A stretch of 64,000 nt of DNA from Thalia democratica (taxonomy: Eukaryota), in NCBI GenBank assembly GCA_965202585.1, contig OZ241834.1:25854001-25918000 (forward strand), given 5' to 3'. The translations under genes and the position numbers were made by a program. The notes below the pieces were generated by a model that was not told the origin of the DNA, did no database searches, and saw only the letters and a list, made by a program, of their open reading frames with translations. Numbering within the stretch: position 1 is the first letter of the stretch; each line of letters starts with the position of its first letter. Shown piece by piece: positions 11,399 through 25,881 of this stretch.

Positions 11399-14300
11399 AC
11401 CATTTGAATAGAACCAGCTGTTCATGTTTACTTAAAGTACAAGAATATAAGCTTAGTACAAATAAATTCTTATTTGTGTAAATTAAAAACTCATATACTT
11501 GAATGAACACACTTTTTTTTTGTTTCAAATACTTTATAAACTTGTAACTCGTTATATTGTAGAAAAAGCATTGCATTAGTCTAAAAACAGTAGTAGTGCT
11601 TGTAATCAAATGGTTTGTAAAAGATGTTTAACTAACTTGATTTTGTTGTCCGTAAGATTTTTCATCTGAATACTTTTTGTACAAAACACTTGTTTTTATT
11701 CATTTGCTGAAGTTCTGTTGAAACATTCAATAAATAAGTGCTTACAAAAAAGTATCATCTTCTTAAACAAAAATGTATATCACTTATAACATGCAAAAAC
11801 TTAGTTGTAACTTTATTTTAAGTTGTTGTTGATTATTAGTAACACAACCGAGCTTTAACTTTTTAAACGAGTTCTTCTTATCAACTTAACTGCAATTGAA
11901 GCCATGTAACACGTTTTAAAAAGTTACGAATACATAAATGAATACAAAAATGGTTGTTCAAAACAAAAAATTACAGATGTGTTTTCAAGTAAAACAACAT
12001 ATTCCTTCTTTCAAAGCTAACTTCTGTTTAGCATATTCAAGAAACATTTTCAATTCAAAACATAAACACACAAAACAAACCAGCTCATTGGTTGAAACTT
12101 GGTAAAACACAAAAAAGTAGCTGCTTGTACTTTTTTAAGTAATTTATTATTCTAGTTTTCAAAGTAAAAGGTACTTGTTTTAACTAGATATGAGACAACT
12201 TACTGACCTTTAACAACTCTAGTAGTTTGTTGAAAGTTATGTTTCTACATATCTAAAGTAATCAGGACCACCAGTTGATTTAAGCAGCTACTAATGTCGA
12301 GTAAACAGTGTCAAACAAGCTTAAACTAAGCGACAAAAAATGTACAAATTTATATCTACATTGTGCGTGTTGGTAAAAAGTAACAGTTAGTGTATTTCAA
12401 TAACTTCTAAATAAACTTTCTAAAACTGAATTTCTCTGTTTTTATTTCTACTAGTTAGTTACACTTACTTCAGTTTTTGTAGTTCTACTTGACATTTTAA
12501 ACTACTTTTGATAATGTAGAATAAGTTTTTCTGCTTCACTAGTATTTAAATGTTAGGTAAAAATGTTTTTTAATGGGAATTTTCTTGTTTAACTTATTGT
12601 TTAAACAAAACTTATTCTAGTTCATTTTACTTTGTAAACTTGTTTTTCAAACACTCAATACATATTTGTTGTTAGTTTAATAAAAAAATCAATCTGTCAC
12701 TAACTAAAAATTTATGCTTAAATAAGACATTATATTAAATGAGAAGAAAAATTTACTTTGCGTTGATACTAAAAATGCTCAATGATATTTGTTTAAGGTC
12801 TGATTGTCAAATAAGTATTAGTTTTATTTATCAGAATGCAAATGAAACAATAAAAAACTGTTTAAAAGTTGAACAGTCAAACTAATGTAGACAACAGTGA
12901 TTGTTTAAAACAAACATACAATTGAAATAATCTTTCTGCTTACAAAGCTCATACTTGTTTTGTTGAACTCATTTTTTCTGTGGCTATGACAAATTACAAA
13001 ATGATTCCACGGTAAAAAAGAACAGCTTGTTACAATTTTTTGTAACTCTTTTTTAAACTATGTATGAGACAACTCAAAACGACGATACTTGTTTGTTTTA
13101 AGCTATGTACTTTTTAAATCTAAAGATTAGGTGGATCACCAATTAATTACACAAGCTACTAATGACTACTAAACTCAACAACACAAATAAACATACTTAA
13201 TCAACTTTGTGGTGATAAAGAATCAAAAACATATTTCCTTCCAAATTATAAAGCCCATTATTTATTAAATACCTAGCTTGCCAAATTTCTCTACTATACT
13301 TTTTTTATGCAACTGTTAAGAAGGGAACTCTAGCTAGATAACTGCTCTAATCCTTACTTTATTGCTTACTATTATCGAATGCTTAGTGAAAAGCTTTAAC
13401 TAACTTGAGTGTCTTTTTCGTGGCTTTTTTCCTTTTAACTTTCTTTTCCAAATAAAACTTATTCTCATTAACTTTGTGGACATTTTTTAATTCAATATTT
13501 CATTTGTTTTTTAGTTTATTAAAAAAATACTGTGCCTACGTCACTGTAAAAACTATTTGTATTTTTCAATGAAAATAGTACGCTTAAACAGAAATAAAAA
13601 TAAAACTTTGACTTATTAACTGAAAACGTTTTAAACTGTTAATAACAAACAATGTTTAGTGTCCTTAAAAAATGCTGTTCAATTACAATTAAACTACAAC
13701 TGAAACATGCTTAACAATTCAAAACTGGTGTAACACATAAATGTAAACAACATCGATTGTTCAAAAGAAAGAGAACACTATTAACAAGTACACAATTTAC
13801 AAAACAAAATACCTTAATAAAATGATGAACTTGTATAAACAAATCTTTTATTTTACAAAGCTTACATCTACTTACTTGATTTAAGCTTTCTAATCTTGTC
13901 AAGCATATGAAATAAACCAATTGATTAGCTAAAACATGGTACAAAGAAAAGAAGTAAAAAACTTGTTACCACTTGTTTGTTACCCTTATGTACGCTATAC
14001 ATAAGTAAACTGAAATTACTGTAACTTGTTGCTTTAAGCTGTGTAGTTTTTATAAATCTAAAGAAGAAGAAAAAACTGGACAAAGCGAAACCAAAACTTT
14101 TTTTAGCCTTCATTTTTTTACAGCTTATTATGTGATGGTACAAGTTCCATAATAGGCAAACAACAATGTAAAACTTTGAATCAAGCAAATACTTTGTTTT
14201 ATATGGTCTATAATTGAATAAGATAACAGTTACTTTGTTTCAAGTTTATATGTTATTGCTACAACAGCTATGTTCTTAACGACATCCGAGAATAAAATGT

Positions 14301-15899
14301 AACTTATCCTAAGCTGTGTTTTTAACTACATTAACAGTAAGCTAGAGATAACTAGTTACGAATTTTGAAAAGCAAACATTTAGTCAATGAAATCAATGGT
14401 ACAGAACATTATGATTAATCTAGGTTGAGTAAACTAAGAAATCACTATTAGCAGTAAAGCAGTTAAAACACATGTTTAACTTGGTAAGCACTTCAATCGT
14501 AAACTTTAAAAGACAGTACTGTTGTTGTTTCAAAATATGTTTCAAGAAAGTAGTAAGTTGTTCTATGTTGTTTCGACTGAATTTAAAACTTTATGAGAAG
14601 TGACAAAACAAAGTTTGAAAAAAAAAATTACTTGCATTATTTTCCAGTTAAAAAGTTTCAAAGATAGATTGAAAGGTTATGAGTGCTGATTGTAAACAAA
14701 GCTTTATTCAAACACTAAGTTTGTCAATCTTATTTCTAAACTTTTTCATTTAGATTTTCTTACTCGATTTTATTTTGTATATAATGCTGCTTAAAAAATA
14801 AACCAACCTCTTTTTTTACGTAAAATTTTTCATCCAAAAGGTATCAGCTTTTGTTTAAGTTCAAATTTAGTGCTAGTGTTCATAAGCTTTTTCGACTTAT
14901 TTACTTCTTTGAATTTAATTAACTTTATTTTGTTTGGAAAATTTACAACCAAATCCATTTGTTCACTTTTATCAGCACACTTTATTCGGTTGAAATCTGC
15001 AAAGTTAAAGTTCTTAGTTTGATCAAGGTTTAAGTTTAACGAGCAAAATTGCATCAGTTATTTTTTAAACTGTATAACAGCTTCAATCAGTTGTTTGAAA
15101 CACTAATTGAATGTTAAACTACTTATCTTTTAAACTAGTTTTTCATACACACTGAAAAATAAAGTTTGTGTTTAAATGTAGTTTACAACTTTAAACAAGT
15201 ATCATCATAGTTACTGTACAGCACGTTTTTGAAAGGTTGTTTGGAAAACATTGTTGTAAGGTAAGTTACTAGTATGTGCAACAACAAAGCTATCTAGTTG
15301 TCTGTTTAATAAAAGTTTTGAGTACATTGCTTATGAGTAATCATAAGCAGTAAAGCTAAAAAAAATGAACACTTTTATTCTTTTGGAATTACTTTTTACA
15401 CATTAGTTTAAACTGTAATTAACTTGAACATACTTGATAGAACTTACGATTAACAAAACTCCATGAAATCGATATAATGAAATTTTGTTTAAGGTAAAAA
15501 AAAACCTTGTGCTTTGTTAAAACTTTATTACTTTAGGTGAGCGGCAAAGGAAAACTCAGTCGGGAGTGTGTTAACATGTTTTGTTTCATTTATGTTTTTC
15601 TTAATGTATTTAGAGGTGTGCTGTAAGATACAGGCTGTTATTTCTGGACTTTTCAAACTAATGCTTTAAAAAAATTACTTTTAGAACAAGTTAAATATGG
15701 TTTCTTTCTTACTGGAACTTTTTCAACATTCTTAATAAGACAACTAAGTTTTTATAAGCATATATGTCTTAAACAAACATGCTAATGCTTATATTAAGAA
15801 GTAAAAGGTACCTTGCAAAGCATAACTGCTCAACAGTCAATTCGTCACAGTCAGTAACTCTTGCAAGTATCGTTTTGGTCGCTTTAATATTCATTCATC

Positions 15900-16454
15900 A
15901 TGTCTACCACAGCAGTAGCAGCAGTACCAGCGCCAGCCAGGTCTTCCAAGAGACCAAGCGCCAAGAAGGCAGAGCACCCTACTTACAGGGAAATGATTAG
16001 CTCTGCCCTTGGAGCAATGAAGGAACGAAAAGGTACATCCCGCCAGAAGATACAAAAGTATATCGCGGACACCTACAAGCTTGACCTCACAGCTTCCAAT
16101 TCTCACTTGAAGAGAGCACTTACCAGCGGCGTGACCAAAGGTGCTTTTCTCCAGACAACTGGAAAAGGCGCTTCTGGCTCGTTCAAGCTTGCTCCAATGC
16201 CAGCTGCTGGGCCCAAGAAGAGGACAAAGAAAGTAGCTAAAAAGCCAGCAGCAAAGAAGGCCCCAGCTAAAAAACCAAAAAAGAAGTGTGCTCCCAAGAA
16301 GGCTGCAAAAAAACCAGCAGCCAAAAAGCGACCTGCTAAAAAGTGCGCTCCTAAGAAGGCAGCATCTAAAAAAGCTGCAAGCAAGAAGAAGAAAGTAACC
16401 AAGAAGAAGCCGGCAGCCAAAAAAGCATCCAAGAAGAAGAGCTGTAAAAAATAA
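15900..16454 (+). CDS. H1: Histone H1, copy 2 (184 aa)
   Basis: Same protein as copy 1. Confidence 0.96.
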   Translation: MSTTAVAAVPAPARSSKRPSAKKAEHPTYREMISSALGAMKERKGTSRQKIQKYIADTYKLDLTASNSHLKRALTSGVTKGAFLQTTGKGASGSFKLAPMPAAGPKKRTKKVAKKPAAKKAPAKKPKKKCAPKKAAKKPAAKKRPAKKCAPKKAASKKAASKKKKVTKKKPAAKKASKKKSCKK

Positions 16455-16554
16455 GTTGTTCTTTTACCCAAGGTCCTTTTCAGGACCACTCAAACAAAAT
16501 ATAACGTAACTCAAAATGCATAAAACAATGCTAAGTTGAAAATATGCAAATTAG

Positions 16555-17046
<492 letters not shown>

Positions 17047-17190
17047 GCGTTAGCTAAAACCGGTCCTTTTCAGGGCCACCTTAAAACCTTGACAGTGAGA
17101 AAAACTTAACCGAACGTAAGTTAAGAGACTTTTTTGAGTATGCAAATTAGTTAGTAGTTACCGTACGCGTCCGTAACAGCTTGTATATAA

Positions 17191-17538
<348 letters not shown>

Positions 17539-17720
17539 TCGCTTTTAGCAAACCCGGTCCTTTTTAGGACCACCTAATTCAATATAAAAGTTTTACAACA
17601 CTTTTGACAAGATTAAGCATTAGCTATGACATATGCAAATTAGTTTTTTGTTCGACGCGGTTAGGTATGAGTTGTATATTGAGCTGTGCAAGCTATCATC
17701 ACAATCATTCGAACAACAAA

Positions 17721-18101
17721 ATGTCAGGACGTGGTAAAGGATCAAAACTCAAATCTAAGCCGAAGAGCAGGTCTTCCCGTGCAGGACTGCAGTTTCCAGT
17801 CGGTCGCGTGCACCGCCTGTTGCGCACCGGCAACTACAGCCAAAGAGTCGGAGCTGGTGCTCCAGTTTATCTGGCTGCCGTTCTCGAGTACTTGAGCGCA
17901 GAAGTGCTCGAGCTTGCCGGTAACGCTGCTCGTGACAACAAGAAAAGCAGGATCATTCCTCGCCATTTGCAACTAGCTATTCGCAACGACGAAGAGTTGA
18001 ACAAACTTCTCGGAGGCGTCACAATTGCTCAAGGTGGTGTTCTTCCAAACATCCAGGCAGTACTATTGCCTAAGAAGACCGCTTCAAAAAAGTCAGCCTA
18101 A
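17721..18101 (+). CDS. H2A: Histone H2A, copy 2
   Basis: Same protein as copy 1 from MSGRGK. Confidence 0.97.
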   Translation: MSGRGKGSKLKSKPKSRSSRAGLQFPVGRVHRLLRTGNYSQRVGAGAPVYLAAVLEYLSAEVLELAGNAARDNKKSRIIPRHLQLAIRNDEELNKLLGGVTIAQGGVLPNIQAVLLPKKTASKKSA

Positions 18102-18264
18102 GTTAAAAAAAACCAGGTCCTTTTCAGGACCACCAAAATATTTACAACAAACGAGAGAATTGTGAAGTGAGAGAAACCAGCTATCGTTCGCGTACGGAAC
18201 TATGCTAATTTGCATAATTTTTCAGAATATAAACCGGCGCCGAGACAGAAGTCCACACATCATC

Positions 18265-18624
18265 ATGACAGCAACCAAAGGCGCGAAGAAGTCAGTAGCC
18301 AAGACCGCTCCGGTCGACGGCAAGAAGAAGCGAAGGAGGAGAAACAAAGAAAGCTTTGGCATCTACGTGTACAAAGTTTTGAAGCAAGTGCACCCCGACA
18401 CCGGAATTTCCAGCAAGGCAATGGGAATCATGAACTCATTTGTCAACGACATCTTCGAGCGCATTGCAGCAGAGGCTTCACGTTTGGCTCATTACAACAA
18501 GAGGTCAACTGTTAGCAGCCGCGAAATTCAAACTGCTGTCAGGCTCTTGCTCCCCGGCGAGTTGTCAAAGCACGCAGTTTCAGAAGGAACTAAAGCTGTT
18601 ACCAAATACACCAGCTCAAAATAA
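18265..18624 (+). CDS. H2B: Histone H2B, copy 2
   Basis: Same protein as copy 1 from MTATKG. Confidence 0.96.
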   Translation: MTATKGAKKSVAKTAPVDGKKKRRRRNKESFGIYVYKVLKQVHPDTGISSKAMGIMNSFVNDIFERIAAEASRLAHYNKRSTVSSREIQTAVRLLLPGELSKHAVSEGTKAVTKYTSSK

Positions 18625-21600
18625 ACGCTCAACAACCGGTCCTTTTTAGGACCACCATTTGAATAGAACCAGCTGTTCATGTTTACTTAAAGTACAAGAA
18701 TATAAGCTTAGTACAAATAAATTCTTATTTGTGTAAATTAAAAACTCATATACTTGAATGAACACACTTTTTTTTTGTTTCAAATACTTTATAAACTTGT
18801 AACTCGTTATATTGTAGAAAAAGCATTGCATTAGTCTAAAAACAGTAGTAGTGCTTGTAATCAAATGGTTTGTAAAAGATGTTTAACTAACTTGATTTTG
18901 TTGTCCGTAAGATTTTTCATCTGAATACTTTTTGTACAAAACACTTGTTTTTATTCATTTGCTGAAGTTCTGTTGAAACATTCAATAAATAAGTGCTTAC
19001 AAAAAAGTATCATCTTCTTAAACAAAAATGTATATCACTTATAACATGCAAAAACTTAGTTGTAACTTTATTTTAAGTTGTTGTTGATTATTAGTAACAC
19101 AACCGAGCTTTAACTTTTTAAACGAGTTCTTCTTATCAACTTAACTGCAATTGAAGCCATGTAACACGTTTTAAAAAGTTACGAATACATAAATGAATAC
19201 AAAAATGGTTGTTCAAAACAAAAAATTACAGATGTGTTTTCAAGTAAAACAACATATTCCTTCTTTCAAAGCTAACTTCTGTTTAGCATATTCAAGAAAC
19301 ATTTTCAATTCAAAACATAAACACACAAAACAAACCAGCTCATTGGTTGAAACTTGGTAAAACACAAAAAAGTAGCTGCTTGTACTTTTTTAAGTAATTT
19401 ATTATTCTAGTTTTCAAAGTAAAAGGTACTTGTTTTAACTAGATATGAGACAACTTACTGACCTTTAACAACTCTAGTAGTTTGTTGAAAGTTATGTTTC
19501 TACATATCTAAAGTAATCAGGACCACCAGTTGATTTAAGCAGCTACTAATGTCGAGTAAACAGTGTCAAACAAGCTTAAACTAAGCGACAAAAAATGTAC
19601 AAATTTATATCTACATTGTGCGTGTTGGTAAAAAGTAACAGTTAGTGTGTTTCAATAACTTCTAAATAAACTTTCTAAAACTGAATTTCTCTGTTTTTAT
19701 TTCTACTAGTTAGTTACACTTACTTTAGTTTTTGTAGTTCTACTTGACATTTTAAACTACTTTTGATAATGTAGAATAAGTTTTTCTGATTCACTAGTAT
19801 TTAAATGTTAGGTAAAAATGTTTTTCAATGGGAATTTTCTTGTTTAACTTATTGTTTAAACAAAACTTTTTCTAGTTCATTTTACTTTGTAAACTTGTTT
19901 TTCAAACACTCAATAGATATTTGTTGTTAGTTTAATAAAAAAATCAACCTGTCACTAAATAAAAATTTATGCTTAAATAAGACATTATATTATATTTACT
20001 TTGCGTTGATACTAAAAATGCTCAATGATATTTATTTAAGGTCTGATTGTCAAATAAGTATTAGTTTTATTTATCAGAATGCAAATGAAACAATAAAAAA
20101 CTGTTTAAAAGTTGAACAGTAATGTAAACAACAGTGATTGTTTAAAACAAACATACAATTGAAATAATCTTTCTGCTTACAAAGCTCAAACTTGTTTTGT
20201 TGAACTCATTTTTTCTGTGGCAATGACAAATAACGACATGATTCCAAGGTAAAAATGGAACAGCTTGTTACCATTTTTTGTAACTCTTTTTTAAACTATG
20301 TATGAGACAACTCAAAACGACGATACTTGTTTGTTTTAAGCTATGTACTTTTTGAATCTAAAGATTAGGTGGATCACCAATTAAATACACAAGCTACTAA
20401 TGACTACTAAACTCAACAACACAAATACACACACTTAATCAACTTTGTGGTGAAAAAGAATCAAAAAACTATTTCCCTCGAAACTATAAACCCATTATTT
20501 ATTAAATACCTAGCTTGCTACAATTTCTCTACTATACTTTTTTTATGCAACTGTTAAGAAGGGAACTCTAGCTAGATAACTGCTCTAATCCTTACTTTAT
20601 TGCTTACTATTATCGAATGCTTAGTGAAAAGCTTTAACTAACTTGAGTGTCTTTTTCGTGGCCTTTTAACTTTCTTTTCCAAATAAAACTTATTCTTATT
20701 CATGCTTACTTTGTGGACATTTTTTAATTCAATATTTCATTTGTTTTTTAGTTTATTAAAAAAAACTGTGCCTACGTCACTGTAAAAACTATTTGTATTT
20801 TTCAATGAAAATAGTACGCTTAAACAGAAATAAAAATAAAACTTTGACTTATTAACTGAAAACGTTTTAAATTGTTAATAACAAACAATGTTTAGTGTCC
20901 TTAAAAAATACTGTTCAATTACAATTAAACTACAACTGAAACATGCTTAACAATTCAAAACTGGTGTAACACATAAATGTAAACAACATCGTTTGTTCAA
21001 AAGAAAGAGAACTTTATTAACAAGTACACAATTTACAAAACAAAATACCTTAATAAAATGATGAACTTGTATAAATAAATCTTTTATTTTACAAAGCTTA
21101 CATCTACTTACTTAATTTAAGCTTTCTAATCTTGTCAAGCATATGAAATAAACCAATTGATTAGCTGAAACATGGTACAAAGAAAAGAAGTAAAAAACTT
21201 GTTACCACTTGTTAGTTACCCTTATGTACGCTATAAATAAGAAAACTAAAATTACTGTAACTTGTTGCTTTAAGCTGTGTAGTTTTTATAAATCTAAAGA
21301 AGAAGAAAAATTGGACAAAGCAAGACAAAAACTTTTTTAGCCTTCATTTTTTTACAGCTTATTATGTGATAGTACAAGTTCCATAATAGGCAAACAACAA
21401 TGTAAAACTTTGAATCAAGCAAATACTTTGTTTTATATGGTCTATAATTGAATAAGATAACAGTTACTTTGTTTCAAGTTTATATGTTATTGCTACAACA
21501 GCTAGTTCTTAACGACATGCGAGAATAAAATGCAACTTATCCTAAGCTGTGTTTTTAACTACATTAACAGTAAGTTAGAGATAACTAGTTACGAATTTTG

Positions 21601-23141
21601 AAAAGCAAAACATTTAGTCAATGAAATCAATGGTAAAAGAACATTATGATTAATCTAGGTTGAGTAAACTAGGAAATCACTATTAGCAGTAAAGCAGTTA
21701 AAACACATGTTTAACTTGGTAAACACTTCAATCGTAAACTTTAAAAAACAGTACTGTTGTTGTTTCAAAATATGTGTCAAGAAAGTAGTAAGTTGTTCTA
21801 TGTTGTTTCGACTGACTTTAAAACTTTATGAGAAGTGACAAAACAAAGTTTGAAAAAAAAACTTAGTTGCATTATTTCCAGTTTAAAAGTTTCAAAGATA
21901 GATTGAAAGGTTATGAGTGCTGATTGTAAACAAAGCTTTATTCAAACACTAAGTTTGTCAATCTTATTTCAAAACTTTTTCATTTCGATTTTCTTACTCG
22001 ATTTTATTTTGTATATAATGCTGCTTAAAAAATAAACCAACCTCTTTTTTTACGTACAATTTTTCATCCAAAAGATATCAGCTTTTGTTTAAGTTCAAAT
22101 TTAGTGCTAGTGTTCATAAGCTTTTTCGACTTATTTACTTCTTTGAATTTAATTAACTTTATTTTGTTTGAAAAATTTACAACCAAATCCATTTGTTCAC
22201 TTTTATCAGCACACTTTATTCGGTTGAAATCTGCAAAGTTAAAGTTCTTAGTTTGATCAAAGTTTAAGTTTAACGAGCAAAATTGCATCAGTTATTTTTT
22301 AAACTGTATAACAGCTTGAATCAGTTGTTTGAAACACTAATCGAATGTTAAACTACTTACCTGTTAAACTAGTTTTTCATATACACTGAAAAATAAAATT
22401 TGTGTTTAAATGTAGTTTACAACTTTAAACACGTATCATCATAGTTACTGTACAGCACGTTTTTGAAAGGTTGTTTGGAAAACATTGTTGTAAGGTAAGT
22501 TACTAGTATGTGCAAGAACAAAGTTATCTAGTTGTCTGTTTAATAAAAGGTTTGAGTACATTGCTTATGAGTAATCATAACTAGTAAAGCTAAACAAAAT
22601 GAACTCTTTTATTCTTTTGGAATTACTTTTTACACATTAGTTTAAACTGTAATTAACTTGAACATACTTGATAGAACTTACGATTAACAAAACTCCATGA
22701 AATCGATATAATGAAATTTTGTTTAAGTTTGAGGTAAAAAAAAAACCTTGTGCTTTGTTAAAACTTTATTACTTTAGGTGAGCGGCAAAGGAAAACTCAG
22801 TCGGCAGTGTGTTAACATGTTTTGTTTCATTTATGTTTTTCTTAATGTATTTAGAGGTGTGCTGTAAGATACAGGCTGTTATTTCTGGACTTTTCAAACT
22901 AATCCTTTAAAAAAAATTACTTTTAGAACAAGTTAGATATGGTTTCTTTCTTACTGGAACTTTTTCAACATTCGTAATAAGACGACTAAGTTTTTATAAG
23001 CATATATGTCTTAAACAAACATGCTAATGCTTATATTAAGAAGTAAAAGGTACCTTGCAAAGCATAACTGCTCAACAGTCAATTCGTCACAGTCAGTAAC
23101 TCTTGCAAGTATCGTTTTGGTGGCTTTAATATTCATTCATC

Positions 23142-23702
23142 ATGTCTACCACAGCAGTAGCAGCAGTACCAGCGCCAGCCGCAGCCAGGTCTTCCAAGAG
23201 ACCAAGCGCCAAGAAGGCAGAGCACCCTACTTACAGGGAAATGATTAGCTCTGCCCTTGGAGCAATGAAGGAACGAAAAGGTACATCCCGCCAGAAGATA
23301 CAAAAGTTTATCGCGGACACCTACAAGCTTGACCTCACAGCTTCCAATTCTCACTTGAAGAGAGCACTTACCAGCGGCGTGACCAAAGGTGCTTTTCTCC
23401 AGACAACTGGAAAAGGCGCTTCTGGCTCGTTCAAGCTTGCTCCAATGCCAGCTGCTGGGCCCAAGAAGAGGACAAAGAAAGTAGCTAAAAAGCCAGCAGC
23501 AAAGAAGGCCCCAGCTAAAAAACCAAAAAAGAAGTGTGCTCCCAAGAAGGCTGCAAAAAAACCAGCAGCCAAAAAGCGACCTGCTAAAAAGTGCGCTCCT
23601 AAGAAGGCAGCATCTAAAAAAGCTGCAAGCAAGAAGAAGAAAGTAACCAAGAAGAAGCCGGCAGCCAAAAAAGCATCCAAGAAGAAGAGCTGCAAAAAAT
23701 AA
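23142..23702 (+). CDS. H1: Histone H1, copy 3 (186 aa; +AA in the N-tail, Y>F in IQKFIAD)
   Basis: ORF track and direct comparison with copy 1. Confidence 0.96.
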   Translation: MSTTAVAAVPAPAAARSSKRPSAKKAEHPTYREMISSALGAMKERKGTSRQKIQKFIADTYKLDLTASNSHLKRALTSGVTKGAFLQTTGKGASGSFKLAPMPAAGPKKRTKKVAKKPAAKKAPAKKPKKKCAPKKAAKKPAAKKRPAKKCAPKKAASKKAASKKKKVTKKKPAAKKASKKKSCKK

Positions 23703-23802
23703 TTTGTTCTTTTACCCAAGGTCCTTTTCAGGACCACTCAAACAAAATATAACGTAACTCAAAATGCATAAAACAATGCTAAGTTGAAAATATGCAAATT
23801 AG

Positions 23803-24294
<492 letters not shown>

Positions 24295-24446
24295 GCGTTA
24301 GCTAAAACCGGTCCTTTTCAGGGCCACCTTAAAACTTTGACAGTGAGAAAAACTTAACCGAACGAAAAAATGTAAGTTAAGAGACTTTTTTGAGTATGCA
24401 AATTAGTTAGTAGTAACCGTACGCGTCCGTAACAGCTTGTATATAA

Positions 24447-24794
<348 letters not shown>

Positions 24795-24976
24795 TCGCTT
24801 TTAGCAAACCCGGTCCTTTTTAGGACCACCTAATTCAATATAAAAGTTTTACAACATTCTTGACAAGATTAAGCATTAGCTATCTGATATGCAAATTAGT
24901 TTTTCGTTCGACGCGGTTAGGTATGAGTTGTATATGGAGCTGTGCAAGCTATCATCACAATCATTCGAACAACAAA

Positions 24977-25357
24977 ATGTCAGGACGTGGTAAAGGATCA
25001 AAACTCAAATCTAAGCCGAAGAGCAGGTCTTCCCGTGCAGGACTGCAGTTTCCAGTCGGTCGCGTGCACCGCCTGTTGCGCACCGGCAACTACAGCCAAA
25101 GAGTCGGAGCTGGTGCTCCAGTTTATCTGGCTGCCGTTCTCGAGTACTTGAGCGCAGAAGTGCTCGAGCTTGCCGGTAACGCTGCTCGTGACAACAAGAA
25201 AAGCAGGATCATTCCTCGCCATTTGCAACTAGCTATTCGCAACGACGAAGAGTTGAACAAACTTCTCGGCGGCGTCACAATTGCTCAAGGTGGTGTTCTT
25301 CCAAACATCCAGGCAGTACTATTGCCTAAGAAGACCGCTTCAAAAAAGTCAGCCTAA
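24977..25357 (+). CDS. H2A: Histone H2A, copy 3
   Basis: Same protein from MSGRGK. Confidence 0.97.
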   Translation: MSGRGKGSKLKSKPKSRSSRAGLQFPVGRVHRLLRTGNYSQRVGAGAPVYLAAVLEYLSAEVLELAGNAARDNKKSRIIPRHLQLAIRNDEELNKLLGGVTIAQGGVLPNIQAVLLPKKTASKKSA

Positions 25358-25521
25358 GTTAAAAAAAACCAGGTCCTTTTCAGGACCACCAAAAATATTT
25401 ACAACAAACGAGAGAATTGTGAAGTGAGAGAAACCAGCTATCGTTCGCGTACGGAACTATGCTAATTTGCATAATTTTTCAGGATATAAACTGGCGCCGA
25501 GACAGAAGTCCACGCATCATC

Positions 25522-25881
25522 ATGACAGCAACCAAAGGCGCGAAGAAGTCAGTAGCCAAGACCGCTCCGGTCGACGGCAAGAAGAAGCGAAGGAGGAGGA
25601 ACAAAGAAAGCTTTGGCATCTACGTGTACAAAGTTTTGAAGCAAGTGCACCCCGACACCGGAATTTCCAGCAAGGCAATGGGAATCATGAACTCATTTGT
25701 CAACGACATCTTCGAGCGCATTGCAGCAGAGGCTTCACGTTTGGCTCATTACAACAAGAGGTCAACTGTTAGCAGCCGCGAAATTCAAACTGCTGTCAGG
25801 CTCTTGCTCCCCGGCGAGTTGTCAAAGCACGCAGTTTCAGAAGGAACTAAAGCTGTTACCAAATACACCAGCTCAAAATAA
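25522..25881 (+). CDS. H2B: Histone H2B, copy 3
   Basis: Same protein from MTATKG. Confidence 0.96.
   Translation: MTATKGAKKSVAKTAPVDGKKKRRRRNKESFGIYVYKVLKQVHPDTGISSKAMGIMNSFVNDIFERIAAEASRLAHYNKRSTVSSREIQTAVRLLLPGELSKHAVSEGTKAVTKYTSSK

Noticed and set aside
11365-11466. AATAAA at the H2B stop (11365-11370) and downstream (11461-11466) as dual poly(A) signals
   Set aside because: Expected by chance in this AT-rich DNA; not shared by the other genes; the downstream site is lost in copy 7
11399-15899. 5S rRNA, tRNA or U1/U2 genes inside the spacer, as in some invertebrate histone repeats
   Set aside because: Only tiny seeds seen (GCCTACG near 13534; TACTTACCTG near 22355 in B-type only) with no continuation; an Infernal scan would be the decisive test
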